Assembly: GCA_963812605.1 (NCBI GenBank)
Contig: CAWEWF010000004.1
Location: 64,001 to 128,000, forward strand
Reading direction: 5' to 3'
Source: an uncultured Verrucomicrobiae bacterium
Lineage (GTDB): Bacteria; Verrucomicrobiota; Verrucomicrobiia; Palsa-1439
DNA: 64,000 nt
The notes under the pieces are model-generated. The model saw nothing but the letters and a program-made list of their open reading frames with translations. It was not told where the DNA came from and searched no databases. The position numbers and the translations under genes are program-made. Below, piece after piece: positions 37,359-47,978 of the stretch. The stretch's first letter is position 1; every line of letters begins with the position of its first letter.

Positions 37359-37859
37359 ATGGAAGAAACCTCGGTCACACGTGAGGAGAATTCTATGCAG
37401 TTCGAGGAAAGAGTGTTGGGCGCCGTCAATGCCTACCGCAACCGCCAGGAACGGACGGTGGCTGTTGCGGAACGGACAGAGCAGATGGAAGAAATGGCGG
37501 CCGAGCGATTCAATAAGATCGTCGAATCGGACGTCCTCCCCCTCTTCAATAAAACGGCGGAGCTATTGAAGGACAGTTGTACCGTTCAGATCCATCGCCA
37601 GGAGCACACGCCGGAGCGGCCGTTTGTCGTGAGCGTGGAAATGGTCATCACCCCCAGGGAAGGCGTGTACATTCGCCGGCTGCGCCAGCCGTACCCGAAA
37701 TTGGAGATCTGCCTGAGACAAAAGACGCTCAAGGTGGTCATCTTCACCGAACAACTGCGCCTGGCGAAATTACACCTGGAGGAAATCGATTTCGCCGAAC
37801 TGACCGCGGAGAAGCTGGAACAGTGCGTCCACGATTTTATTGTGGAAATTTTCCGGTGA
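37359..37859 (+). CDS. Hypothetical protein whose 3' end is duplicated downstream
   Basis: Host-like codon use; mostly synonymous divergence from the duplicate supports coding status. Confidence 0.75.
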   Translation: MEETSVTREENSMQFEERVLGAVNAYRNRQERTVAVAERTEQMEEMAAERFNKIVESDVLPLFNKTAELLKDSCTVQIHRQEHTPERPFVVSVEMVITPREGVYIRRLRQPYPKLEICLRQKTLKVVIFTEQLRLAKLHLEEIDFAELTAEKLEQCVHDFIVEIFR

Positions 37860-37868
37860 GTCCGATTG
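37757..37868 (+). repeat. Direct repeat copy 1 (about 110 bp)
   Basis: Matches 40546-40657; 14 differences over the 102-nt coding part. Confidence 0.92.
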
Positions 37869-37879
37869 CTTTTGTTTCC

Positions 37880-40326
37880 CTACTCGGAGATTGGGGACCT
37901 CAACGGACGCAAGGACGTTATTGTCGGTATCGGTGGCAAAGAAAAAGGTGCCCGCCTGGTTTCCATTGAGCTTGCTCTTCTTGATCTTGATCGTGACTGA
38001 TTTGCCTTCGCTAAGGGGATTCACCTTCTTCGCCAGAAAGGCGATGCCGACATTTGGATTGAAGGCGCTGCCCTGCCCCAACCAGAGCAGAACATAGAAC
38101 TTGGGGGTGTTTTCCACGCCGGTATTGGTGACCACCAGATCAAAATCGACCGCGCAGGTGGTATTGGTTGTCGCCTTCTTTTTATCGATCTTGGTCTTGC
38201 AGGTCTGCGCCACCTGGGTGAAGGCGAAACCCAAGGTCGCTCCGGCCTGATGAATGGTGAACGCCTGATCCGCAATCGTCATCGTGACGGTGCGGGCCGT
38301 GCCGGTATTCGCCGCCAAGGTGTAACTGACCGTGCCGCTGCCGAGGCCGTTGGTGCCGGCGGTGATCGTAATCAGGCTGCTGTTGCTGGCGGCGGTCCAG
38401 TCGCAGTTGGTCCCGTTGACGGTGACCACGACGTTGCTGGAGCCTCCCGCCGCGCTGAAGTTGGCGGCGGTCGAGTCGAGCGAGAAGGTGCAGGCAGCCG
38501 CGTCCTCGGTGACCGTGAAGGTTTGCCCAGCGATGGTCAGCGTGCCGGTTCGAGCGACGGTGTCGGTGTTGGTGGCGACGGTAACAGTGACCGTGCCGTT
38601 GCCAACGCCGCTGGCGCCGCTGGGGCCATTGGTAATGGTGATAAAGCTGTCGTTGCTAACGGCGGTCCAGGCGCAGTTGGTCCCGTTGGCGGTGAACGTG
38701 ATATCGCCAGTGGCTCCGTCCGCACTGAGGTCGACGTTGGTGAAATCGAGCGTAAAGGCGCAGGGAGCCGCCGGCTGGGTGATGGTGTAGGTTTGTCCGG
38801 CAACGGTGATTGAACCGGTTTGGACGATGGCGTCGGCATTGGTGGCAACCGTGTAACCGACCGTGCCGTTTCCGCTGACGATACCGACATCGGTGACCGT
38901 GATAAAGCCGCTGTTGCTGACAGCGGTCCAGGTGCAGTTGGTCCCGTTGGCCGTGACCACGATGTTGCTGGAGCCTCCATCCACACCAAAGTCGGCGTTG
39001 GTCGAGTCCAGCGCGAGCGCGCAGGCGACACCCGCCTCGGTGATGATGTAGGTCTGTCCCGCAACGGTCAGCGAGCCGGTCAAACCAAACGTGTTGGGGT
39101 TGGCGGTGACGGTGTAACTGACCGTGCCGTTGCCGGTGCCGCTGCTGCCGGCGGTGACGGCGATGAAACCACTATTGCTGGCCGCCAGCCAATCGCAGTT
39201 GGTCCCGGCGGTGACCACAATGTTACTGGCCCCTCCCGTCGCGTCATAGCTGGCGCTGGTGGAGTCGAGCAAGAAAGTGCAACCAACGCCCGTTTGGACA
39301 ATGGTGAAAGTCTGGCCGGCAACGGTCATCGTGCCGGTGATTTCGTTGCTGCTCGTGTTGGCGGCAATGGTATAACTCACCATGCCATTGCCGGAGCCGC
39401 TGGCGCCCGAGTTGATCGTGATGAAGCTGTCATTGTTGGTGGCCGTCCAGGCGCAGCCATTCTGCGCGGTGACAATGACCCCGCCATCGCCACCGGCGGC
39501 GGTAAACATCACGTTGGTCGGACTGATCGCGAACACGCAGACGGTCGTGCCCACCACGATGCTGAACTGGGTCTGTGCGAAGTAGGTGGTCACGCCGAGG
39601 GCGCCGGGCACGCTGTTGGTATCGTTGGATATGATCTTGATGAATTCCAGGTGCCCGGTATTGGTGGTGCCGCGCGGTCAATAACCCCGCGGGAACGAGG
39701 AAATTCGTTGCCGTGCCGTCCAACTGCCCGGGCTGTCCAAGGTCAGGCGTATTGGTGATCGTGTTACCGGATCCGTCGTCGATCTCGAAGCTGACCGCAT
39801 CATTGGTGGTCCCGTTCGTGAACGATCCCCACACGAAGACGAAGTTGGTCGAGGCGTCAATCACCTGGGCCGCGTCGAAATTCAGGATTTGTGGCGGGTT
39901 GGGATAGGCGTCGCCCGACAGAGTCTCCGCGGGGGTAAGCGTCCCGTCGTCCGCAGTGCCGATGGTCATGAGGTAGGTACCGTTGGTGAACACGGCATCC
40001 ATCGATGGTTGATCTATGAAGAGCGACTGGAACTCGAATTTGGAACTCGCGGGGTCAGTCAGTGACAAAACGACGTTGCTGCCGCCCGGGACCTGGACGG
40101 CGGCGCTGAGGATCGTATTCGAGCCGGTGCCCGTGACAATGGCCTGGAACATGAACCCGGTTGCCGACAGCGTGGGCGCGCCCGAGGTGAACTGGTCGAA
40201 CAACTGACCTTTGGCGGCTGGCACATAGAGGGTGACGTCGAAGGGTGAGGCGTTCGCGCGTGCGCTGCCGGCCAGTAACAGGACTGCCAGACATCCGCGC
40301 CATAGCCACGAACCAAAATATTTCAT
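37880..40326 (-). CDS. Secreted surface protein with five BACON-like repeats and a Lys-rich C-terminal domain; frameshift near 39672 and probably near the stop
   Basis: Signal peptide MKYFGSWLWRGCLAVLLLAGSARANA; 5x C...GG...VT...C.W.A.SN..FIT...G.G.V.YT...N...G..T.AGQT. Confidence 0.85.
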
Positions 40327-40545
40327 CGTCTCTTCCTGGTTTGTTGGAATGTCAGTGTGCCGTGATTCTGGAAAGGTCGGAAGAGGCACATGGAAACACG
40401 ACGCCAAGCTCATCACCCTCCGCAGTGGGTTGAAGTACAACAAAGCCATGCCCGACCGTCAAGTGAATTTGGGTTACTCGAAGCCGCCGGATGTATTCGG
40501 TGGCAGTAGCGCCCGAACCATCGTCGGAAGTCATTCCGCGGGCAC

Positions 40546-40657
40546 GCGTCTGGCGGAACTACAGCTGGAGGAGATCGATTTCGCCAAACTGACCGCGGAG
40601 AAGCCGGAACAGTGCGTTCATGATTTCATCGTGGGGATTTTTCGGTGATTCCGGTTG
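40546..40657 (+). pseudogene. Displaced orphan 3' end of the 37359-37859 gene (direct repeat copy 2)
   Basis: RLAELQLEEIDFAKLTAEKPEQCVHDFIVGIFR* versus RLAKLHLEEIDFAELTAEKLEQCVHDFIVEIFR*. Confidence 0.9.
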
Positions 40658-40989
40658 GCACGAATCGCCAACACATCGCCTCGGATCAATTGTCTGATGT
40701 TGAGACCTGACCCCAATTTCTCGCCGGAGAACGATGCTGCCAGCGCAAGGCTTACCGCCAGGATTTTTGGAATTGTGACGACATCGTTGGCTGTTTGAGG
40801 AGTCTAGGAGTGCAGGGGATATGGCCGTCAACAGTCATCGAAGAATTGTGATCTGCCAACGACGTGACACACAGGTTTCCGCCTGGTGTGGGTGTGCGCG
40901 GACTACCTGCTCTACACAGATAGCCTCCGATCTAAAACCATTAGAGTGCGCTCGTCCCCCAAGGGGCAGAGGAGATGCGGTGAGAAGGA

Positions 40990-41341
40990 TCAGCCGGCAC
41001 GGACGAACCAGTAATCGGCGACTTTCTTAAAGTGGACAACGGCACGCGGGCTGCGTGCCCATGCAAATCTTCCGTGCAGGCTTTTGCACGGACGACAGCA
41101 GCGCCCGGTACTGCTTCCGAAATCTAACGTTGACGAGAAGTCATCGAGCGGTTTCGCCTGGCTGTTACCAATCTCCGCTTTGCTTTCTTCCACAAGCGAT
41201 CCAGTCGCCCTTCTTGCTGTCTTCCTTGAGTTGTTTGTCCCAGAGCGTCGCGTCGTACCCGACAAGCCAGCGGGTAAGTTGCGCCACTTCCTTGGGAGAG
41301 AGCCTGGCAATCTCGGCTTCGATTTTTTCGACGGTGCTCAT
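40990..41341 (-). pseudogene. Degraded type II toxin-antitoxin pair (small antitoxin plus RelE/ParE-like toxin)
   Basis: MSTVEKIEAEIARLSPKE...WDKQLKED...AKPL, then fragments RFRKQYRAL..SVQK.ARK and HFKKVADYWFVRAG*; frameshifts and truncation. Confidence 0.7.
41039..41060 (-). repeat. Degenerate REP (family A stem) inside the toxin remnant
   Basis: GGGCACGCAGCCCGCGTGCCG on the minus strand; lacks GTAG. Confidence 0.6.
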
Positions 41342-41410
41342 GGACAAATGTTACGACATGAGGCAATCCGACTCAAGTCGCAAGTAAGCGGGGACTCCTG
41401 CAAGAAACGG

Positions 41411-41862
41411 CGGCAAGCGGGGCGCTTGCCCTACAAATCGGAGCGGCGGGGGTCGGTCGGCGGAACAGCACTTAGCAAGGGCTGCTACAGAGGAGGGTCT
41501 CCTAAAGCGCTGGACATCGGATTCCGATAATGGTATGGTTTGGGTCATGAGTTTAGGGAATCGGGAGATCGACACGCAAAAGCAGAACCGCGCCTTACGA
41601 CGCGGCTACAGGGGCTCTGAAAAACATGCGTTTCTGCGAAACGAACCCGATTTGCGGTGGCGCTTTTTTTGATGTAACCGCCAGTGAATGCAAGAGTTAT
41701 GGCGATTTGCTTCAAAATTCAAATCGGGTTCGTTTGGCGAAATCGGTGCATGCAGAGCGGTTGCGCATGAGGCAACGGCTACTTTCTCTTTCGGTACGAG
41801 TTGTAGGGCAGGCGGCCCGCCTGCCGTCGTTTCGGAATCGGCACGCGGGCCGCGTGCCCTAC
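41411..41862. repeat. Cluster of six GTAG REP hairpins, including an inverted doublet at 41803-41862
   Basis: Family A at 41411-41434(-), 41803-41826(+), 41839-41862(-); other GTAG hairpins at 41465-41488(-), 41587-41609(-), 41758-41782(-). Confidence 0.82.
41639..41735. mobile_element. MITE-like element with 16-bp perfect terminal inverted repeats
   Basis: AAACGAACCCGATTTG (41639-41654) and CAAATCGGGTTCGTTT (41720-41735). Confidence 0.55.
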
Positions 41863-41973
41863 AAAACGGCGGCAATGATGGGCACGCAATTTGGTTTGCC
41901 CGGCGGGGGGTTTTGGTGTATAAGTCCTTCCCTTCTAGGGTACCGGTGATTCCTAGAAGGAAATAGAGTTCCG

Positions 41974-43840
41974 ATGAACAAACACGCAAATGCCACGGCC
42001 AAGAGCCGGGCGAAGAACGCCGCGCCGATTGTCGAACTCGGCGCTGAACAGCACGCGCCCATGAAGGGGGCGGATATCCTCGTCAAATGCCTTGAACGCG
42101 AGGGTGTGGACGCGGTGTTTGCTTATCCCGGCGGCGCGAGCATGGAAATCCACCAGGCGTTGACGCGCTCGAAGATCATTCGCACGGTGCTGCCGCGGCA
42201 TGAACAGGGAGGCGCGTTTGCCGCGGAAGGTTATGCCCGCGCGAGCGGCAAGTGCGGCGTCGCCATCGCCACCAGCGGTCCCGGCGCGACGAACCTCGTC
42301 ACGGGCGTTGCCGATGCGTTCATGGATTCGATCCCACTCATTTTGATCACGGGCCAGGTCCCGCGAGCCGATGATCGGCAAAGGTGCGTTCCAGGAAACG
42401 GATGTGTTCGGGCTGGCGTTGCCGATCGTCAAGCACAGCTACCTCGTCATGAACGTCGAGGACATCCCGCGCGTCGTCAAAGAGGCGTTCTATATCGCGA
42501 ACACGGGTCGGCCCGGCCCGGTTTGGATCGATATCCCGAAGGACGTGCAGCAGAGCACATGCAAGCTGGTCTTCCCGGAGAAGATCAACCTGCGCGGGTA
42601 CAACCCGGACAAGCGCATCAGTGACATTGCGGTCAATGAGATCGCCGGGCTCATCGAAAAGAGCGAGCGCCCGGTCATCTACGCGGGCGGCGGCATCATC
42701 TCGTCGAACGCGAGCGCGGAACTGATTGCGTTCGTTGAGAAGACCGGCATCCCGATTGCCACCACGTTGATGGGCATCGGCGCGATTCCGACCGACCACG
42801 AACTCTCGATGAGCTGGCTCGGCATGCACGGCACGGTCACCGCGAATTACGCGGTGGACAAATCCGATTTGCTGTTGGCCCTCGGCGTCCGCTTTGACGA
42901 CCGGGTCACCGGCAAGGTCAGCGAGTTCGCCAAGCACGGGACCATCGTCCACATCGACGTTGACCCGAGCGAGATCAACAAGAACAAGGTCGCGCATCTG
43001 CCGATCGTCAGCGACATCAAGTACGCGCTCCAACAACTCAACCGGGTTGTCAAAGGCAAGCAGCAGTTCAAGGCGTGGCACGCGCAGATCGCCGAGTGGA
43101 AGAAGCAATACCCCTTCCGCTACCGCGTCACCGACGAAGTTTTGAAATCGCAATACGTCCGCGATTTCCTCAAGGGCGACATCAACGAAATCATCATGCC
43201 GCAGCATGTGGTCGAGTTGCTCAGCGAATTGACCGAGGGCGAGGCGATTCTCACGACAGGTGTCGGCCAGCACCAGATGTGGGCGGGGCAATACTACAAG
43301 TTCAAGCATCCGCGCTCGTTCCTGACTTCGGCGGGCCTCGGCGCGATGGGCTACGGCTATCCCGCCGCCATGGGCGCGAAGGTCGCGTTCCCCGACAAAC
43401 AGGTCGTGGACATCGACGGCGACGGTTCGTTCCTGATGAACATCCAGGAGCTCGCGACCGCGCACATCGAGCGGATCGCGGCCAAGGCGCTGGTTCTCAA
43501 CAACCAGCATCTCGGCATGGTCGTCCAGTGGGAAGACAAGTTTTACGATTCCAATCGCGGCCACACCTATCTCGGCGACCCGCAGAACCCGCACAAGGTC
43601 TATCCCGATTACGTCGCCATCGCGAAGGGTTTTAATGTCCCCGCCGAGCGCGTGACGCGCAAGAGTGAATTGCGGGACGCGATGAAGCGGATGCTCGACT
43701 CGAAAGAGCCGTATGTCCTCGATGTCATCGTCCCCTTCACCGAGCACGTGCTGCCGATGATTCCATCCGGCAAGACGGTCAAAGAGATCATTATCGAAAA
43801 GGATTCCAAACCGGTTCTCGGCACCAATCTCGGGCTGTAG
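41974..43840 (+). CDS. ilvB: Acetolactate synthase large subunit; frameshift near 42367
   Basis: [51 protein letters not shown]. Confidence 0.95.
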
Positions 43841-43911
43841 CCGCCCGACCGTTGGTGATGGCGCACGGTTTTTGTAGTCGGGACTCGCGGCACTCGGTAC
43901 AATCCGCCGCA

Positions 43912-45661
43912 ATGGACCGCCCTTGGATTCGGACGACGCTCGTGCTGTGCGTGTTCGCCGCGGTCTTCATCACGCTGACGGTCGGCAGTTACACGCGGCA
44001 ATCCGCAACGTCTGATGAGCCGATTCATTTGGCCGCGGGCTACACAGCGCTGCGCCTGCATGATTACCGTGTCGACCAGGAGCATCCGCCATTCCTGCGC
44101 ATGTGGGCCGCCTTGCCGCTGCTGATGTTGCCGGATGTGCAACTCGGCACCAATGACATCTCGTGGCGGACGGGACACGATTGGGACTTTAGTCATCACT
44201 TCCTGTACGAGATCAATGATGCCGACCGCTTGCTCTATCGCGCCCGGTTCATGACGGTCGTGCTCGGCATTGTGTTGGGCGTGCTCCTTTTCTGCTGGGG
44301 ACGGGAACTCTTCGGTTTCTGGACGGCGACCGCAGTCCTTGCGCTCTACTGCCTCGAGCCGAACATTCTCGCGCACTCCGGCCTGGTCACGACGGATCTC
44401 GGTGTGACGTGCTTTATTTTCGGCGCGCTCTATTTTCTCTGGCGACTGACGCGAAGGTTTACCTGCGGCAACGCAGCGGGCCTGGCCGCGTTCTTCGCGC
44501 TCGCGCAGGTTTCCAAATTCTCCGCGTTGGTGCTCGGGCCGATTGTCGTGGTGCTGTTGCTCGTTCATGTGCTGTGCGGAGGCGCATGGTCTTACCGGTT
44601 TGGCAATCAGGGCGAATTCCGTTCACTTCGACAGAAGACGCTCGCCATGATTGTTGTCATTGGATTGCTCGCGATCACTTCGTACGCCGCCGTTTGGGCC
44701 GTTTACGGTTTCCGTTACGGGCCGACGGCCCCGAGCGTCGATCTCGCGCGCGTGCAGGATAACCCGGACATTCTCAAGCATGTGCACACCGTTTCCGTCG
44801 TCGCCAACTGGTTCGACAAACATCGGCTCCTGCCCGACGCCTACACGCACAGCCTGGTCCTTGGCCAGGTCAAAGCCCAGCGCCGTACGCGCTTACTTTG
44901 CGGGCGAATTCAGCCGCACTGGCTGGTGGTATTATTTCCCCGTGGTGTTCCTGGTCAAGACGCCATTGACCGTGCTGTTGCTTTTCATCTGCGGTTTGGT
45001 GCTCAGCGTGAAAACGCGCGCACACTGGAAAAGCGAAGACGCGTTCCTCGTCCTGCCGTTGGTGATTTACCTCGGCGTCGCCATGACGGCGCACCTCAAC
45101 ATTGGTCTGCGCCACATCCTGCCCATCTACCCGTTGGTCCTGCTGATCTGCGGAATCACCCTGGAGGAAATGCGCGTGAGGTGGCGCCCTCTTTTCCTCA
45201 TGGCGCCAATTGTACTTGCGGCTGTTGAACTTGGTTTTGTCTATCCCCACTGCCTCGCGTTCTTCAATCAACTCGTCGGCGGGCCCAAAAATGGCCATCT
45301 GGTCCTGCTCGATTCGAACCTCGACTGGGGCCAGGATCTCAAACCGCTGAAACTCTGGATGGACGCGCATCATGTCGAGCAAATCAACCTCGGTTACTTC
45401 GGCACGGCGGACCCTGCCTACTACGGGATTCATGCGACACCGTTGCTGGGTTCACCCTCGTTCTTGACAGCGCAGGTGACGGAGCCGCGCCTGCCCGGGT
45501 ACGTTGCCGTGAGCGTGCAAAACCTCCACGGTGTGTGGTCGCGCCAGGCGACACTCAATTACTACGCGCCGCTGTTGGACCGAGAGCCAACCGCCGTCAT
45601 CGGTTACTCGATTCACGTCTATTGGGTTGAAACCAATTGGTGGTACAATTCCCAGCCATGA
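43912..45661 (+). CDS. GT-C glycosyltransferase (ArnT/PMT-like), paralog 1; frameshift near 44885
   Basis: SATSDEP.H, EHPPF, EPNILAH, SKFS, NIGLRH, DSNLDWGQDL; multiple TM segments. Confidence 0.85.
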
Positions 45662-47424
45662 ACTTTTCCGAACGGCAGCGCTCCGCCATTAGCTTGCTCG
45701 TCTTCGCCGCCGTTTTTATCGCGCTAACCGTCAGCAGTTACACGCGCGAGTCGGCGACCTGGGACGAGCCGCAACACGTGGTCACGGGCTACTGCGCCCT
45801 TCGGTTCCACGACTACCGCACGGATCCGGAGCATCCCCCATTCCTCCGCCTGTGGGCAGCATTACCGCGGCTCGCGATGGATGACGTCAAGGTGGATCTC
45901 CGGATGATCGACCAGACCGACCCCATGACATGGACGGCGGGAGGACAGTTCTTTTTCTGTCATGACGTGCTTTACGTCGCCAATGATGCCGACCGTTTGT
46001 TGTACCCGGCGCGATTTATGATCGTGCTGCTCGGCGTCTTACTGGGCGTGTTGCTCTTTTGTTGGTCGCGCGAACTGCTCGGGTTCTGGCCCGCGGTGAT
46101 GGTACTGGGCCTGTACACCATCGAACCCAATCTATTGGCGCATGCGCGCCTGGTCACAACCGATTTTGGCGTGACGTGCTTTACCTTTGGCACGATATAC
46201 TTCCTCTGGCGAACGACGCGGCTGCTGAGCCTGGGGAATTTATGCGGCCTGCTGGGGTTCTTTGCGCTGGCGCAGATCAGCAAGTTTTCGGCGCTCTTGC
46301 TGGGCCCGATCGTCCTGGCGCTGCTTATTGTTCGCGTCTGCCAGAAAGAGCCGTGGCCGAAGAAGCTTCGCGGGCGAACGGGCGTGCGCAGCCGGTTCGC
46401 GAAGTTGGCGGTGGCGATGTCCATCGTCGCCGCGCTTGCTGTGACGACGTGGATGGCGATTTGGGCCGTCTACGACTTCCGGTATCTCCCTTCGGAGTCC
46501 ACCACCTGGCGCTGGAATCTCCAGCAGGACCCGGGCGTGCTTGAACGCGCTCCCCTGCTCACGAAGGTCATCGGATGGGTGGACGAACATGAGTTGTTGC
46601 CAAACGCCTATAGCCAGGGGTTTCTGCTCGGACAGGTCAAAGCGCAGAAACGCAGCGGATTTCTCGCGGGTGATTACAGTCTCAAGGGCTGGTGGTATTT
46701 CTTCCCGTTTGCGTTCCTCATCAAGACTCCCATCTCCCTGGTCCTGCTCTTTCTTGCGGGCGTCGGCTTGTGTGCGGTGCACTGGCGACGCTTCCTCGAT
46801 CACAACGTCTATACCGTCTTGCCGTTGGCGGCATTCCTGGGAGCGGCGATGATGATGAGGCTGAACATTGGCGTGCGCCACATCCTGCCCATCCAACCCT
46901 TCGTGCTGCTGCTGGCGGGTAACGCCACTGCGGAACTGTACGCCAGCCAACGAAAGCCCCTTCGCGTGTTGCTGGGCGCGCTCGGTCTCCTGGCCGTCAC
47001 CGAATTCGCTTTCATTTGTCCGCATTATCTCGCGTTCTTCAACCAGTTCGCCGGCGGCCCGCGAAATGGACACCAGTACCTCGTCGATTCCAATCTCGAT
47101 TGGGGACAGGATTTGAAGGGTTTGAAGAGTTGGATGGACCAGCACCAGGTGCAACACATCAACCTGAGCTACTTCGGCACGGCGGATCCCGCCTATTACA
47201 AGATCGATTGCACCTATCTTCCCGGCAGTCCCTTTTTTGACGAGAGACTTGTGAGAGGTCCGCAACTACCCGGCTTCGTCGCCGTAAGTGTCACCAATCT
47301 GAGGGGGGTTTATCTAGGGGAACGCTCGCGGGATATTTACAAGAGGCTGCTGGAAACCGAACCGGTGGCGATGATTGGCTATTCGATCTACGTGTACCAG
47401 GTCGAGCATCCGTGGTGGCAGTAA
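45658..47424 (+). CDS. GT-C glycosyltransferase (ArnT/PMT-like), paralog 2
   Basis: Same motifs as the upstream paralog (SATWDEP, EHPPF, DSNLDWGQDL). Confidence 0.87.
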   Translation: MNFSERQRSAISLLVFAAVFIALTVSSYTRESATWDEPQHVVTGYCALRFHDYRTDPEHPPFLRLWAALPRLAMDDVKVDLRMIDQTDPMTWTAGGQFFFCHDVLYVANDADRLLYPARFMIVLLGVLLGVLLFCWSRELLGFWPAVMVLGLYTIEPNLLAHARLVTTDFGVTCFTFGTIYFLWRTTRLLSLGNLCGLLGFFALAQISKFSALLLGPIVLALLIVRVCQKEPWPKKLRGRTGVRSRFAKLAVAMSIVAALAVTTWMAIWAVYDFRYLPSESTTWRWNLQQDPGVLERAPLLTKVIGWVDEHELLPNAYSQGFLLGQVKAQKRSGFLAGDYSLKGWWYFFPFAFLIKTPISLVLLFLAGVGLCAVHWRRFLDHNVYTVLPLAAFLGAAMMMRLNIGVRHILPIQPFVLLLAGNATAELYASQRKPLRVLLGALGLLAVTEFAFICPHYLAFFNQFAGGPRNGHQYLVDSNLDWGQDLKGLKSWMDQHQVQHINLSYFGTADPAYYKIDCTYLPGSPFFDERLVRGPQLPGFVAVSVTNLRGVYLGERSRDIYKRLLETEPVAMIGYSIYVYQVEHPWWQ

Positions 47425-47444
47425 GCCGCAACAACCGTCAGCAC

Positions 47445-47927
47445 CTACTCGGTCGGCCCCTCTTCCCCCTGCTCGGTAAACTCATCGCCACCCTCCTGCT
47501 TCATGCGCTTGAGCACCTCCGACATGTCCTCGACGGCGCTGAAAACCTTGGTCGCCACATAAATCGGGCTCTTCTGTTGGACCGCCAGCGCGATGCAGTC
47601 GCTGGGCCGTGAATCGATCTCCAGGATCTTCTTGCCGAGTTCGTTTTCCGCGCGCAACACGAGCCGCGCGTAGTACGTGCTGTTCTTGAGGTCGTTAATG
47701 ACGATGCGCTCGACCTTCACACCCAGCCCGGTGAAAATATGGCCGATGAGGTCGTGTGTAAGCGGGCGTTCCTTCGGCGTGCTGCGCAGGAACATGGTGA
47801 TCGCGGCGCCCACACTGTGATCGACGTAGATAACGAACGTCTTTTCGTCGTTGCCCACGAAAACCGCGCAGCCGTTGGTTGTCGGCAGCACGCCTTTTAC
47901 CTGGACCTCAACAACGTCGTTTTTCAC
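47445..47927 (-). CDS. Bifunctional nuclease family protein (DUF151)
   Basis: ERPLTHDL, YYARL, IDSRPSDCIALA. Confidence 0.9.
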   Translation of the reverse strand: MKNDVVEVQVKGVLPTTNGCAVFVGNDEKTFVIYVDHSVGAAITMFLRSTPKERPLTHDLIGHIFTGLGVKVERIVINDLKNSTYYARLVLRAENELGKKILEIDSRPSDCIALAVQQKSPIYVATKVFSAVEDMSEVLKRMKQEGGDEFTEQGEEGPTE

Positions 47928-47978
47928 GGGTGTACTTTAAATGCCTTTCCATGGAAAGGCAAACTTGGCGCGCGCGCC

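Noticed and set aside
37770-37880. Apparent 90-bp antisense overlap of the BACON ORF with the 37359-37859 gene
   Set aside because: Probably read-through from an indel just before a TAG at 37880-37882
38250-39540. Tandem ~260-bp repeats as a CRISPR array or DGR template/variable repeats
   Set aside because: They are in-frame BACON domain repeats; there are no spacers, cas genes or reverse transcriptase
40700-40719. TTGAGACCTGACCCCAATTT, resembling half of a GGGGTCAGGTC-type palindromic repeat
   Set aside because: Only one arm is present, with no partner or second copy in the window
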